Assembly: GCA_002104945.1 (NCBI GenBank)
Contig: MCFH01000045.1
Span: 372,001 to 436,000, forward strand
Source of the DNA: Piromyces finnis finn
Taxonomy: Eukaryota; Fungi; Neocallimastigomycota
Direction: 5' to 3'
Length of the DNA stretch: 64,000 nucleotides
Part shown: positions 15,796 through 27,900 of the stretch, piece by piece
Position numbering within the stretch: position 1 is the stretch's first letter
Layout: each line of letters begins with the position of its first letter
The notes under the pieces: generated by a model
What the model was told of the DNA's origin: nothing
Database searches by the model: none
The model's input: the letters and a program-made list of their open reading frames with translations, nothing else
Made by a program: the position numbers and the translations under genes

Positions 15796-18700
15796 GGCAT
15801 CAAATATTATAAACTTTATTATTAATTTAATTAAAATTATAATACATGTAATAAAAAATTAAAAAATAAAAATAAAAATAAAAAAAATATGTTTAAATAA
15901 ACACAAATGAATAAAAATTGGGTATAATGTATTCTAGTAATTTTAATTAAAGTAAGAAAGCCACTATCATACTAAAGTATAATAATTGTATTTGACTTCC
16001 AATGGGACACCGAGCCAAAGACCAAAATTTTATCATGGGACAAAATTATGATCTCCATTGGTTGCGCTGGCCCTCCTGGCCTGTCTTACTGTTTCTTCAG
16101 CATTGACGCTCTTGGATGTTGCTTCAAACCTTTTGAACATTGACCATTGCTGGCCAATAGCAAAAGGCATGATTTTGGTTAGAAGTTCCGCGGTTACCGT
16201 CAAGAATGGTGCTCCTTCATTAGTACCAGATTGAATCTGACGCTTACAAAGTTCTTTCCATTCCCTTGAATTGTAATTAATATTGTTAAAACTTCTTCCC
16301 CCAAGAAGGAATTTAAATATTTTACTGCACACACTAGAATAATCATACACATTAATATTCATCGGATTATTAGAACTATTACTATTATTAACTAAATTAC
16401 TATCTAAATTAGAATTATTATCTTCACTATTGCTATCATTACTAATATTATTATTTCTATTACTACTATTGTTATTATTACTATTGTTATTATTAATATT
16501 ATTACTATTACTATTACTGTTATTGCTATCTCTGCTGATATTAACATTTTCATTATTATTGATAGGACTATTGGAATTACGTTGACTGAAAAAATTTAAT
16601 AGCTGGACTATAGAATCATAATGTTTAATACGGATATCTCTAAATGTTGGACAATCTAATAACCAATGTTTAATACTTTGATCTCCACACTTGCAACATG
16701 GACAGTAGTTAGGACAAACTGGATCAACAAACTTGGCAGCTTTGGCAACTCTAGCATCCAACTTATATCCGCTTCTTGCTTTCAATAGCCAGTAGAAGCC
16801 ATAGGCAAACTCTGGGTACTCATAACATAATTTAATAAAATCTTTAGTTTCAATAAATTTATTATCATCATAATATTGCGCTTTGATTGAATTCCCTTTG
16901 AGATCTTTCCAATAAAAGTTTTTAACTGCTTTAACATCTCCATGTTTTTTTAATTTTTTATCAAGTGTCCTACTTGATTTGCACCACGTGTATTTTCTAA
17001 ATTTAGGAATGTAATTGACAAGGTGTGAGATAATACAATTTGAGATTTTCCATTTGTTAAAACATCTAACCTGAGCTAACGCACATTTGGCTGACAATGG
17101 AGGAATATTCAAATCTTTTGAGATAGAGTATAAAGATATAAACGATACAGCTTTATGAACTCCGGCAACCCATCGTATTCCTTTGTTAACATGCTTCTGA
17201 GCAATCCTAGACCTAGCTTTGTTGGATCCAAGTAATGGTGCAAAGTATGAAACTCTGCTAATCACTTGTGAGTTAAGTACTAGTTTTTTGAAGGGAATAG
17301 GAATATTAGGATTTCTTAAGAATTTACTGACTGAGAAAAGCCCTTTCAAAACCTTGTTATTAAGAGCTTTAATTACTGGTTTAAGGGACAGATTCTTATC
17401 AAATGGAACACCAAGATAAGTATAACAATCAGTAGTTGGAATGGGTTGTCCTGCTAAGTAAAATGTTGGATCTCTCTTGTTCTGATTTTCTATTGATTCA
17501 GGACGAATCACCATCGTTGAACATTTCTGGATACCAAATTCCATTTCATTATACAATGCCCATTCATTAACTCTTCTAAGCATCTTTTTTAAGCACAAAT
17601 AACTATATCATCTGCAAAAAGTCCACCACAGCATCGAGTGTCACCTAAACTGACTCCTAGATCTTCGCACTCTCTAAATATATCATTAATAAAGAGATTA
17701 AAGAGAATAGGAGAAAGAGGGCAACCTTGACGGACTCCTTTCTTCACATCAAAAGATTTCGAGAATTGTCCATCTAATTTGACATTAGCCTTAGATGTTA
17801 AATATAAATTTTTGATAAATTGTAGACTCTTACCTCGGATTCCTAAACAATCTAATTTATGGAGAATATTACCGATTGGGACTGAATCGTATGCTTTCCT
17901 GAGATCTAAAAAGGCCAAATATGTCTCTTTATTATCTAATTGACGTCTACGGCATATTTCTTGGATTGAAATGAAAAGACTAATACTTTCTTCCTTTTTT
18001 CGAAAACCAAATTGTTCAGGTCTAATGAAATTATTCCTTAAACCATATTCTGAGATTCTAGTGGTGACAATTTTGGAAATCAACTTAATACCATTATTGA
18101 TAAGTGATATACCTCGATAGTTATCACAATCTGTCAAATCTCCCTTCTTAGGAATAGAAACAATACTGGATTCATTCCATGAGTTGGGGAAATCTCCATC
18201 CCAAATACGGTTGAATAATTTAAGAATAAAATTTAAACCATGAGCATCATTATCTGAAGTAGTATTACCAGAAGAATTATTATCTGTAGCATTATTAGAA
18301 TCATTACTTGATGGAACTAATGCTTTGTAAAATTCAATTGGAATACCATCCGGACCTGATGCTTTATAATTTGGAGTAGTGAGGATAGCTGACTTGACTT
18401 CATCAATACTAATATCTTGGTTGATATCCCACTCATCAAGCATAGGAAGTGAAAAACGTTTATTCGTTGGTTCTTCATACCAATGCTCCAAATCAAGACT
18501 TACACCACTTGGGTCTGATGCAAGATTTTCGAAATGATCATGCCACACTTCTAGTTGTTCTTCCGTAGCAACAACTAATTCTCCATTTTTATTTTTAATT
18601 GGTTGAGCAATAAAGAAAGAATCTTTTCCAATTTTTGCAGTTTTCTTGATCCATTTCCAGGCCTTCTTAGGATTATGACTCTTCATATACTCACATCCTG

Positions 18701-21417
18701 TTTTAATCCAATGAAGATATTCTTGCTTCCTAAATTCATTACATCTTTTGTGGATGTAATCAATGAGTTTACGGTAGATTTTAATTCTTTTAATAAATTC
18801 ATCTATATCATAAATTCTTTCTTTTTTAAATCTCTTATACAACTTCATTTTGATTTTTTGAAGATTAAAAATTTGTTGTGAAATATGAAATGAAGACTTT
18901 ATAACATTATTTGCTGAAGTAATACTGAGCTCGTCTGCAATTGAAAAAGCAGTTGAAGTAAACTCTTTGGAAAGTTCATCTGTAGAAACATTAGGATCGT
19001 TGAATTTTGCTGAAAGTATTTGGAATTTATTATGACTGAGAATAGATTCCTTTTCCTCAATACATTTTAATCTATTCCATTTCAGAATTTTCTTAGGAAC
19101 ATTAAAGTCATTAGAAAAATCTTCCATAGGAATAATTTTACCATTAATAAGAAGTGGCTTATGGTCTGATACAGGATAAAAATTATTTATAAATGATCCT
19201 GAGTGAATAAGATCTTTCATCTTCGAATTGATAAGAGCATGGTCAATGTCGGAAGATTGATCACCTCGAGTCCAAGAGATAGTAGACCCTCTAAGCGGAA
19301 GAATTTCCCAATCTCCTAATCCATTAGTTGATAACCAGTTGGATAATTTTACTTTAGACATATTAAAATCACCAACAAGAATCGATGGATGGGATGAATG
19401 AGTTTGTAACCACAAGCGAACTTCTAACTTTGCATGATCAACATAGATGTTGTGATGACTATGAGGCATATAAACATTACCAATCGAGCATTTGAATCTA
19501 TTCCAGAGACTAAAAGTATAAATAGAAATAATATACTTTCCAGAGAAGTTTTCAAGTGAGGCTTGACATGAATTGTGAAAACCTAAATATAAACCTCTCA
19601 TTCCCGGAACTGATTCGTCAGCTTTCTTGAAAAAGTGTCTATAGTTTCGCAAAGTAACACGACAAGGATAATCTGTATTCGATCCAGAACCATTACCAGT
19701 TTCTTGGAAACATAAAAATAATGGTTTGAAAATAGCTGTGAAATAGCTAATACTATCTCTCTTTTCGTGATTCCACCCATTGGTGTTCCAACTAAGACAA
19801 AAAGAAAAGCTATCAGGCTTGTTGGATGAGGAAGAATCGTTGCTATTATTATTATTATTAAAGTCATCGTTATTAATGGATGATGCATCAGAGGAATAAG
19901 TAGAACTATTACTAGATGGCTGTGAAACTGAAGAACTATCAACTATTGAACTGTTATCAGAGTTGATAGAGCTATTAGAATTAATTGTTGAATGTTGAGA
20001 TTGAAATTGTGTTTGCTGTAGATCTGGAATATTTTCATGATGGGAAACTTGTTGAAGATCCTGTTGAAGATCTTGTTGAAGATCGGATTGTTGATGAGAT
20101 TGTTGAACTGATTGTTGAACTGATTGTTGAAATGATTGTTGAATAGAATGTTGATGTTTATTAGAAACTAAAATTTTACGTTTGAGAGTGGAAAAAGTGT
20201 ATTTGTGATTCCTTCTACTACGAGCTGAAAAGGAAATTGAGGTAACTGAAAGTTTCTTCTTTAACATGTGTAAGATTTTAATACAATCTTTTGATGAACC
20301 ATGAACCTTGACTAAGAAAAAGTGATCATTGAAAGTTTGAAAATATTTAACACTAATAACTGAATTAAATTTATCTTCTAGAATAACCTCGAGTTTTTCC
20401 CATAGCATATTTACTGACCATGATCGAATACCACGGATAAAGAAGGAGCGAATATCATCTAAGGGGATACCATAAGACCGGGTACCACGTCTGATATAAT
20501 TCTTGTCTTTAATATAAAGGACTGACATGATAATAAATTCTAATTAAAAATATTGAATATAAAATAAATACTAATAAAAATTATAAATATAACGTATATG
20601 GAAAAAAAATCTGTCTCTCTCTCTTCTTAAAAGTACTGGATAGTACAAAAATTGTTACGATGCTTTGTTTAAAGTTTCTTTTTTTTGAATTCTAGTTGTA
20701 AATTTTCTTTAAAAATTCTAGTTTTGGTTTGTTGTTAGTAAATTCGAATCGCTTTTTGACACTAAACTTGTTTGACTTTACTTTTCATTAAATATTTAAA
20801 TTGGTAAAAAATTTGAATCAAGAATGTCGACACCAGAAAGCTTGTGAATAGTATTTTTACATGATGTAGAGTGAATCAGTCTCTTACAAGAAACAATACA
20901 ACAATAGCTACATGAATATAAAAATACAATGCAAATGCTAAAGTTGACTACATTGGATTCTTACAAGAGAAGAGTAGTACTACATGAATACATGAATAAA
21001 AGAAAAAATACAGCAACAAAATGTATTACTCTTCTAATTAAATACTATACAAACTTACCTGAATATCAAACATTCAACTTATTCATCAAATACTTAAATT
21101 CGATGGATAAATGTTTTTTAATCGCTCAGTACCATGAGCTTAGTCCTAATAATTTTCCCTTAAAGACTAACCAAGCATCCATTGCGCAATGCTTGGATTT
21201 AATTCTTCCTACTCTCTCAGTACCATGAGCATGAGTAGACCCCCTTGAGAAACTACATTTATTAAATAAATGAAGGCACGTTTCCAAGAGGGCACCAAGC
21301 ATCCATTGCGCAATACTTGGATTTAATTCTTTCTACTCTCTCAGTACCATGAGCATGAGTAGACCCCCTTGAGAAACTACATTTATTAAATAAATGAAGG
21401 CACGTTCCCAAGAGGGA
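15760..21417 (-). mobile_element. Full-length APE-type non-LTR retrotransposon (LINE family A copy 2), about 5.66 kb, with poly(A) tail
   Basis: T33 at 15760-15792 is the poly(A) on the minus strand, followed by an AT-rich 3' UTR. The ORF has APE, RT (GVRQGCPLSPILFNLFIND, FADD) and a C-terminal CPCCKC...HWLLDC knuckle. The 5' UTR is about 890 nt, and the element is flanked by the 40-bp duplication. Confidence 0.95.
16033..20528 (-). pseudogene. LINE polyprotein (RRM-like, APE, RT, CCHC), about 1500 aa, split by a frameshift at about 17590
   Basis: ORF 17589-20528 ends FADDIVICA* and ORF 16033-17598 resumes LKKMLRRVNEW. RT alignments normally have about 5 residues between these, which suggests a small deletion. 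Confidence 0.88.
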
Positions 21418-21767
21418 AGCTTAGTCCTAATAATTTTCCCTTAAAGACTAACCAAGCATCCATTGCGCAATGCTTGGATTTAATTCTTTCTACTCTCTCA
21501 GTACCATGAGCATGAGTAGACCCCCTTGAGAAATTACATTTATTAAATAAATGAAGGCACATTCCTAAGAGGGCACCAAGCATCCATTGCGCAATACTTG
21601 GATTTAATTCTTTCTACTCTCTCAGTACCATGAGCATGAGTAGACCCCCTTGAGAAACTACATTTATTAAATAAATGAAGGCACGTTCCCAAGAGGGAAT
21701 GAGCATGAGTAGACCCCCTTGAGAAACTACATTTATTAAATAAATGAAGGCACGTTCCCAAGAGGGA
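21170..21767 (-). repeat. Array of 5' UTR monomers (about 124, 157, 124 and 69 bp) sharing a common 5' boundary; a second set lies at 15345-15590
   Basis: Units end on the plus strand at CCAAGAGGG(A/C) at 21293, 21417, 21574, 21698 and 21767, and also at 15466 and 15590, but start at different points. Confidence 0.92.
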
Positions 21768-21849
21768 TCATTAACTAAATTACTATCTAAATTAGATTAT
21801 TATTGTTAAGGCCAATAACAAAATGCACAATGTAAAAATGATAAAACTT

Positions 21850-21960
21850 AACGGACTCCTTTCTTTATATCTATAGATTTTATGAATTAATCTCTTACTT
21901 TGATAATGCAAATTTCACTTATTTACAAAATCTAAAATAACATAAATTATCAAAATATAA
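21850..21960 (-). mobile_element. Small decayed RT fragment of a related LINE
   Basis: The minus strand reads KSIDIKKGVR*, homologous to KSFDVKKGVRQG in copy 2 (17728-17765). Confidence 0.6.
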
Positions 21961-22450
21961 TAACACACGAAATACAGTCATTTCAACTATTATATATGCT
22001 TAAAAGTATTACTTTCAAAAATTAATGATAAGGACAAATAATTTTAATTATTTTATATTAAATTAGTTTTATTTTATTTTTTGCCTTATTTTTGTTTAGT
22101 ATAAATAGTATTATTATTAGTTTATAATTAATTTTTCAATATTGCTTTTATTTTATTACGTATTTATTTTCTTTTTATTATTTGATTAATTTATTTATTT
22201 ATTTATTTACTTTTTATATTTGCATTAAATTTTTTTTACTAGTTTATATAAAAAAAATCTTTTTAAAAATTTTACTTTTAAATATAAAAACAAAATCTTT
22301 TACTATTTTATAAATAATTTTGGGAGGGATGGTTTATAAATATGCAAATTTTTAATTCAACGTAAGAATTTAAAAAATTGGTCACTGATTTTTTTAAAAA
22401 CCTATTTTGACTTAAAAATTTTAGTTTAATAAATTACTTTTAAAGGCAAT

Positions 22451-24990
22451 TTACATCTTTTCGTGGAAGGTACGGGCAATAACTTCCTTTTGTTGAGCTG
22501 GAGTTAACTTAACGAAGTTAACAGCGTAACCAGAAACACGGATGGTAAGGTTTGGATAGTTTTCTGGGTGAGCCATAGCATCTTCAAGAGTTTCACGCTT
22601 GAGGACGTTGACGTTAATGTGGTGAGCACCCTTGGTGAAGTAACCATCTAATAAACCGGAAAGGTTACCTTGACGTTCTTGTAAAGTCTTACCAATGGTG
22701 TTTGGAACAATAGAGAAGGTGTTAGAGATACCATCCATACAAGAGTCGTAGTTAACCTTAGCGACAGAAGAAAGAGAAGCAACAGCACCAGAGAATTCAC
22801 GACCGTGCATTGGGTTACAACCTGGAGCGAAAGCTTGACCAGCCTTACGACCATCTGGAGTAGAACCGGTCTTCTTACCGTAAACGACGTTAGAGGTAAT
22901 GGTAAGAACGGAAAGAGTGTGCTTGGCACCACGGTAAGTTGGGGTCTTTCTGAGCTTGTTGATAAGCTTGTCAGTAACAGTTCTGGCGAAGAAATCAACA
23001 CGGTCATCATCGTTACCGAATTTTGGGAATTCACCTTCAATCTTGAAGTCAACAGTTAAACCGGTCTTAGCATCACGGATTGGAGTGACCTTAGCGTACT
23101 TAATAGCAGAGAAGGAATCAGCAACAACAGAGAGACCAGCAACACCGAAGGCCATAAGACGACGGACATCGGTATCGTGAAGAGCCATTTGAAGGGCTTC
23201 GTAACAGTATTGGTCGTGACAGAAGTGGATAACGTTCATGGTGTTGACGTAGAGCTTGGCAATCCAGTCCATAGCCTTGTCGTAGGTTTCCCACATCCAG
23301 TCGAATGGAATTGGACCTTCTGGAACTGGACCGAAGTCTGGACCGACTTGCTTACCGGTTCTTTCATCCTTACCATGGTTGAGGACGTAGAGCATAAGCT
23401 TGGCAAGGTTACAACGAGCACCGAAGAATTGCATATCCTTACCGAGTCTCATGGCAGAAACACAGCAGGCAATACCGTAGTCATCACCGAATCTAGCGGA
23501 CATAAGAGCATCAGATTCGTATTGAATGGAAGAGGTATCAATAGAAACCTTAGTGGCGAAGTCCTTGAAGTTCTTTGGAAGAGCCTTGTTCCAGAGGACA
23601 GTAATGTTTGGTTCTGGAGCTGGACCTAAGTTGTAGAGAGTGTTAAGAACACGGTAAGAGGTCTTAGTAACTAAGGTACGACCATCGCTACCCATACCAC
23701 CAAGAGACATAGTAACCCAGGTTGGATCACCAGCGAATAAATCGTTGTATTTTGGAGTACGTAAGTGACGAGCGAAACGTAACTTAAGGATAAGGTTATC
23801 AATGATTTCTTGAGCTTCAGCTTCAGTGATAACACCGTTCTTTAAATCGTTTTCGAAGAAACAATCAAGGAAGGCATCAACACGACCAAGAGACATAGCA
23901 GCACCATCTTGTTCCTTGATAGAACCTAAGTAACCGAAGTAAACGAATTGAGTAGCTTCTCTAGCGTTCTTAGCTGGCTTAGAGATATCAATACCGTAGG
24001 ACTTGGCCATTTGAGTAAGTTGCTTAAGAGCCTTGATTTGGTCAGCAACTTCACCAATCTTCTTCATGGTTGGTTCGTCCATTAAACCCTTTTGGAGTTC
24101 AACTCTGTCCTTTTCCTTTTGGGCAATAAGACGGTCAGTACCGTAAAGAGCAACACGACGGTAATCACCAATGATACGACCACGACCGTAACCATCTGGT
24201 AAACCAGTCATAATAGCGTTGGAACGACCAGTTCTCATTTCCTTGGAGTAAAGATCGAAGACAGCGGTGTTGTGGGTCTTACGGTAGTCAGAGAAAATGT
24301 GTTCAACTTCCTTGTCCATTGGAACGTTAACAGCGGCAAGAGCGTTCTTGACCATGTTAACACCACCGAATGGCTTGATAGCTCTCTTAAGTGGAACATC
24401 AGTTTGGTAACCGTAGATAACTTCGTTATCTTTGTCAAGGTAACCTGGCTTGTGAGAGGTAATGGTAGATGGAGTGTGTGGATCAACATCGTATAAACCA
24501 CCGTTGGCACGTTCCTTGGCTAAGTATTCTTCAGCCTTGGCGAAAAGCTTCTTGGTCTTTTCAGTTGGACCAACAAGGAAAGAATCATCACCTTCGTATG
24601 GGGTGTAGTGCTTCTTAATCCAACCTTCGACATCGATTTCACTCTTGGCAGCAGCATCGTTAGTGATGACTGGAGCTTGAGTAGCGTAGGTCTTAGCTTG
24701 CATAGCTGGGACCTTCTTGGCAGACTTAAGAGTAGTCTTCTATTATATAAATTTTTTTATTTATAATTTATATTAGTAATCTATACAATAATTTTATTTT
24801 TATCTTTTTTATTAAAATATTCTTGTATTTAATATTTTATTAAAATGTCATTAATATTTACCATAGCTGGGGTGTGAAGAGCACGGGTTGGCTTGGCCAT
24901 TCTGACACCAGCGACCTTGGTGGCAGCAACAGCATTAATAGAAACAGTGTTAGCAAGAACACTGACGTTGGATAAAGCTAAGCTTTCCAT
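22451..24990 (-). CDS. PFL: Pyruvate formate-lyase (glycyl-radical enzyme), hydrogenosomal-type precursor of about 805 aa, 2 exons (24862-24990, 22451-24739)
   Basis: Active-site ACCVSAM and glycyl-radical RVSGY motifs are present. The presequence is [34 protein letters not shown]. One GT-AG intron lies at 24740-24861. Strong highly-expressed codon bias and elevated GC. Confidence 0.98.
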
Positions 24991-27900
24991 TTTATTTGTT
25001 TTAAATATATAAATTATTTAGTTTGACAAATTGTGAAGAAAAAAATTAAAGTGATTTTTAGCTCTATTTAAATGAATCTCGGTTAAATTAAATTTTATTT
25101 AAACGAAAATCAAAAAATATAAATCATATAAATAAAATATATTACAATATATTATTATATATTACAATATTAATTAATGTGAATATTTTTGTAATATATT
25201 ATATGTAGTATGTATCTACCCTAACAAATTATATAATTAATCTTAATATATTACATAATATATTATTTTTTTAATTTTTCCATTATTTCAATTCTTTCAA
25301 AATTAATATATTAGGATGAAATTTCGATATTGAAAATATCATAAAACTATTATATTATTAATATATTAATTTATAATAGTAATTATATATTATCATTTTT
25401 AAAAATTTTCAATTTCTTAATTTTTTTATTATAAATGCATTCATATAACTATAATATCATAATATATTATTATTAAAAAGTAATATAATAATATTACTAT
25501 ATAATATATTATTAAATATATTGTAATTAATTATTTTATATTTTATAATATAAATTCAATAAATAGTATTAAAAATAATAATCTTCTAATTCTTTCTATT
25601 AATTATTTAAAACTATTAAAATATAAAAGTATTAATGAATTCAGTAGATAGTCTAAAATATCATTCATATAAACATAATAGTATTCATAACAAATATTTA
25701 ATATACATGTATTTATTATTAAAAAAAACTGTTTATTTGTAAATAGCACTCTTTTAAAATAATAAAATAAGCAAAAAAAAAAAGTATACATAAGTTATAT
25801 AATATATTTAATAAACTATATGTTAAACAACAAAAATATTCGAAAATATTATAGTATTTACTTCTTATAGTATGTACTAAAATAAATAAAGAAAAATTAT
25901 GACATAATAAATACATTATATACGAAGTATTTATTATTACTAAATAAGAAAAAATTACGTGTAAAAAAAAAAAAGATTTTTTATATTTTAAAAATAAAAC
26001 TCCCCATAAATCCAATTAATAAGGATTTTTCATCATTAATTTAAGAAATACAATGTAACATATTTCAGTAGAAATTTATTATAAATTATAGATTTTGTAT
26101 AAAAATAATTTTGGTTTCTCTTAATATTATTTTTCTTAAATGAGAATGTGAAGAAAGATAGCTATTGAAATTAAAAAAAAAAAATTAATAAAACTTTTTC
26201 GTAATAACATACAAAATATATAATTTAAAAAGTAATTATATTTAAAAAATACACGATATTCATTATGTAGTTAAACTTATATTTAAATCTAAATATAGGA
26301 ACAATCAAAAAAAATTTTAAAATTATTTTAAAGATGCCAATAAATACATAAATTCGAAATAACTTTTATCTTTTTTTATATAAATGATAATCCTTTAGTT
26401 CCATTATTTCCATTAAAAATAATAGAAATTATAGTTATTAAATATTTTTTGTATTATCGATTTTACCTTAAAAAAAAAAAAAAAAAAAAAAAAAGCATTT
26501 AAATAAATAATAAAACAGGTAAAGCTAATATTATAGTTTAAATTCTAATAATTTAAAAAATTATAATAAAAGATTTGCAGCATTATTTTCGCATATTATA
26601 GAAAAAATTGAAAATACTTTAAAAGCAATAATATAAATTTTGATGAAGTTTTTATTAATATGAATAAATAAAAAAATCTTAAATATTAATATATGTATGG
26701 TATAATAGCATTTAAAAAATAGTGAACATTCAATGTTTTTGTTATTGTTATAATTAAAAAAGTAATAATTCTTTAAATGGTTATATAACTTTACATTTAT
26801 TTCTTTGCTATTCTATTACAAATTAAAGTTTGCATTTAATAAAAATTTTATTACTATTTAAAAAACTGCTTTATTCATTTATCGAGGATTTTTATTGAAA
26901 AACCAATTTATTACTTTTATTTTTCTCTATAATGTAATTTATTAGTTTTTATATTCTTTTTAAAAAATCTACACATATTAAAAATTTTAAATTGAAATTT
27001 TAACTATAATATATTATTTAATTTAAAATACTACCTTTATCATCATTTTTAATTATATCACAATTTGGATAAATTAAATTTATTCTCCAATAAAAAATCA
27101 ACTAATAATAATACTTAAAATAAGAAAGAAATTGACATACCAACAAATCCACAAATTTATAAAAAAATAGGTAATAAAATATTAATAAAATATAATCTAA
27201 GGAAATACAAAAATGAAAAATACCAATATTTAATGATTGTTATAAATATTTTAAAATAAATTATATACATATACTATTAATAATTTTTATAACTTAATAA
27301 AAATTATTTTAGAAATTTAGGAATAAATTACGATTAAGTTATTCTAACCTTTGATAATAATGAATTAATTTATATAATAAATAACTTAATTTAAAGTAAT
27401 ATAAAGTATGTTTGTCAATAATAAAAAAGCATTAGATAAATATTGATTTTATTAAAGCTACTTTAATCTTCCTACTTGGAATATTTTATCTTAGTATATT
27501 TTGAATTTTTTTTATATATAAAAAAGGTAATAAAGATTAATCGTCTTAAATAGTATAACTACTAAAAATTCTTTATTATCATTTTTAATACAATTTCTTT
27601 ACATCATAATATAAATGGTTGATTTATTATATATTTATAAAATTTTATATTCATTAAAAAAATAATAAATATTTTAATATAAATATATATTTCTTAATAT
27701 TTTAATAATAAATAATGTATAAAAAATATGCAAAATGTATTTTTCTTTAAATCTTACTTAAGTATCATTATTATTAACAAAAAAAAACTAAACAACAATT
27801 TAGTAATTACCGTTTTTTAAACCTATCCCTTTTTATTTTTATAATAAGAAATCCTTTTTCATTATTCACAATTATTCTATAATAAATATTTTTTCATTGT

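Noticed and set aside
21294-21300. Alternative 7-bp TSD (ACCAAGC) for copy 2
   Set aside because: The same junction exists in copy 1 (15467) and at 21575, so it is inherited. The 40-bp duplication fits the diagnostic variants better.
20929-21761. Short ORFs in the LINE 5' UTR and monomers as an ORF1
   Set aside because: They are short, lack motifs, and the longest is broken by an indel in copy 1.
21170-21767. CRISPR-like array or a known ribozyme (HDV, hammerhead) in the monomers
   Set aside because: There are no unique spacers. A 7-bp G-U-closed P1-like helix can be drawn, but no P3/L3 or J1/4 GG fits HDV. CTGAGAGAG does not fit the hammerhead CUGANGA core.
23745-23760. PFL RTPKY in place of the usual RTPEY
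   Set aside because: It is a single G-to-A change; allele versus read error cannot be told apart, and no catalytic role is known to me.
22648-24510. Overlapping ORFs within PFL
   Set aside because: They are by-products of biased codon usage and GC content, with no motifs.
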